DNA of 64,000 bases from Eledone cirrhosa (Eukaryota). Below the pieces are notes generated by a model. The model did no database searches and was not told the DNA's origin. It was given only the letters and a program-made list of their open reading frames with translations. Positions 62,967-64,000 of the stretch are shown here, piece after piece. The position numbers and the translations under genes are program-made. The stretch is from contig OZ024743.1 in NCBI GenBank assembly GCA_964016885.1, positions 225,618,001 to 225,682,000 on the forward strand, given 5' to 3'. Each line of letters begins with the position of its first letter. Positions within the stretch are counted from its first letter, which is position 1.

Positions 62967-64000
62967 CAGATGGGTAAACGGTGCTGATGATAGCTAACAA
63001 GCTTGAAACTAGTACATCGTTCCTGTGTCAGTGTTGAACAAAAAGGTGACGTGGTTGCCTTAACACCGTATGGCATAAATTCAGGCTGTTCAGTTTGTTT
63101 ACAAACGAACAAAGCGACGTTAGCGCCGCTAAACTGATACGTGCATATATGTATGTGTACCTGTATGCATATGTATATATATATGTATATATATATATAT
63201 ATGTGCATGCTACTGTACGTCTGTATACATATATGTATGTACGTATACATGCATACTTACATTTAAGTAAGTGCCATACTAAGAGTGAGAAATGAAATTT
63301 TGTTTTCATTTTGTTTCAATTTATCGTTTTCGGTATGCCTGACCGATTTAACTCACTCAATATGCAAATTAGGCTGCTCAGCCGTTAATTTTCATAAGGA
63401 AAGTATATACTTTCGAACGTTCAACTATCTGGCAGATGGGTAAACGGTGCTGATGATAGCTAACAAGCTTGAAACTAGTACATCGTTCCTGTGTCAGTGT
63501 TGAACAAAAAGGTGACGTGGTTGCCTTAACACCGTATGGCATAAATTCAGGCTGTTCAGTTTGTTTACAAACGAACAAAGCGACGTTAGCGCCGCTAAAC
63601 TGATACGTGCATATATGTATGTGTACCTGTATGCATATGTATATATATATGTATATATATATATATATGTGCATGCTACTGTACGTCTGTATACATATAT
63701 GTATGTACGTATACATGCATACTTACATTTAAGTAAGTGCCATACTAAGAGTGAGAAATGAAATTTTGTTTTCATTTTGTTTCAATTTATCGTTTTCGGT
63801 ATGCCTGACCGATTTAACTCACTCAATATGCAAATTAGGCTGCTCAGCCGTTAATTTTCATAAGGAAAGTATATACTTTCGAACGTTCAACTATCTGGCA
63901 GATGGGTAAACGGTGCTGATGATAGCTAACAAGCTTGAAACTAGTACATCGTTCCTGTGTCAGTGTTGAACAAAAAGGTGACGTGGTTGCCTTAACACCG
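62965..64000 (+). repeat. 466-bp tandem array, inverted right arm (runs off the window); HHRs at 62977-63021, 63443-63487 and 63909-63953
   Basis: Reverse complement of the left-arm unit; junction ...gccatacGGcagatggg. Confidence 0.97.

Overview
AT-rich, repeat-dense animal genomic DNA, most likely an octopus/cephalopod. This is inferred from the tRNA-derived SINE family, RTE LINEs with (GAT)n tails and very long (TA)n tracts. Most ORFs in the supplied track are microsatellite artefacts. Host content is a 5-exon TMEM272-like membrane-protein gene on the minus strand (about 3.2-36.4 kb) and a few exons of a second, unidentified minus-strand gene (41-56 kb). The rest is decayed TEs: Penelope, RTE, Tx1/L1, CRE-like, CR1/L2-like, Helitron, mariner, MITEs and SINEs. 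The main finding is a dense set of type I hammerhead ribozyme (HHR) motifs, found by hand-folding. A near-perfect 466-bp non-coding tandem array (58981 to window end) carries one HHR per unit, flips orientation at about 62966 and has a diverged sibling at 45.2 kb; it looks like a non-autonomous retrozyme / circular-RNA retroelement. A second 616-bp tandem repeat and several Penelope-type termini carry non-canonical HHRs (U3-A8 core, unpaired 10.1/11.1, long stem II) that standard motif searches would probably miss. Ribozyme activity is not demonstrated here.
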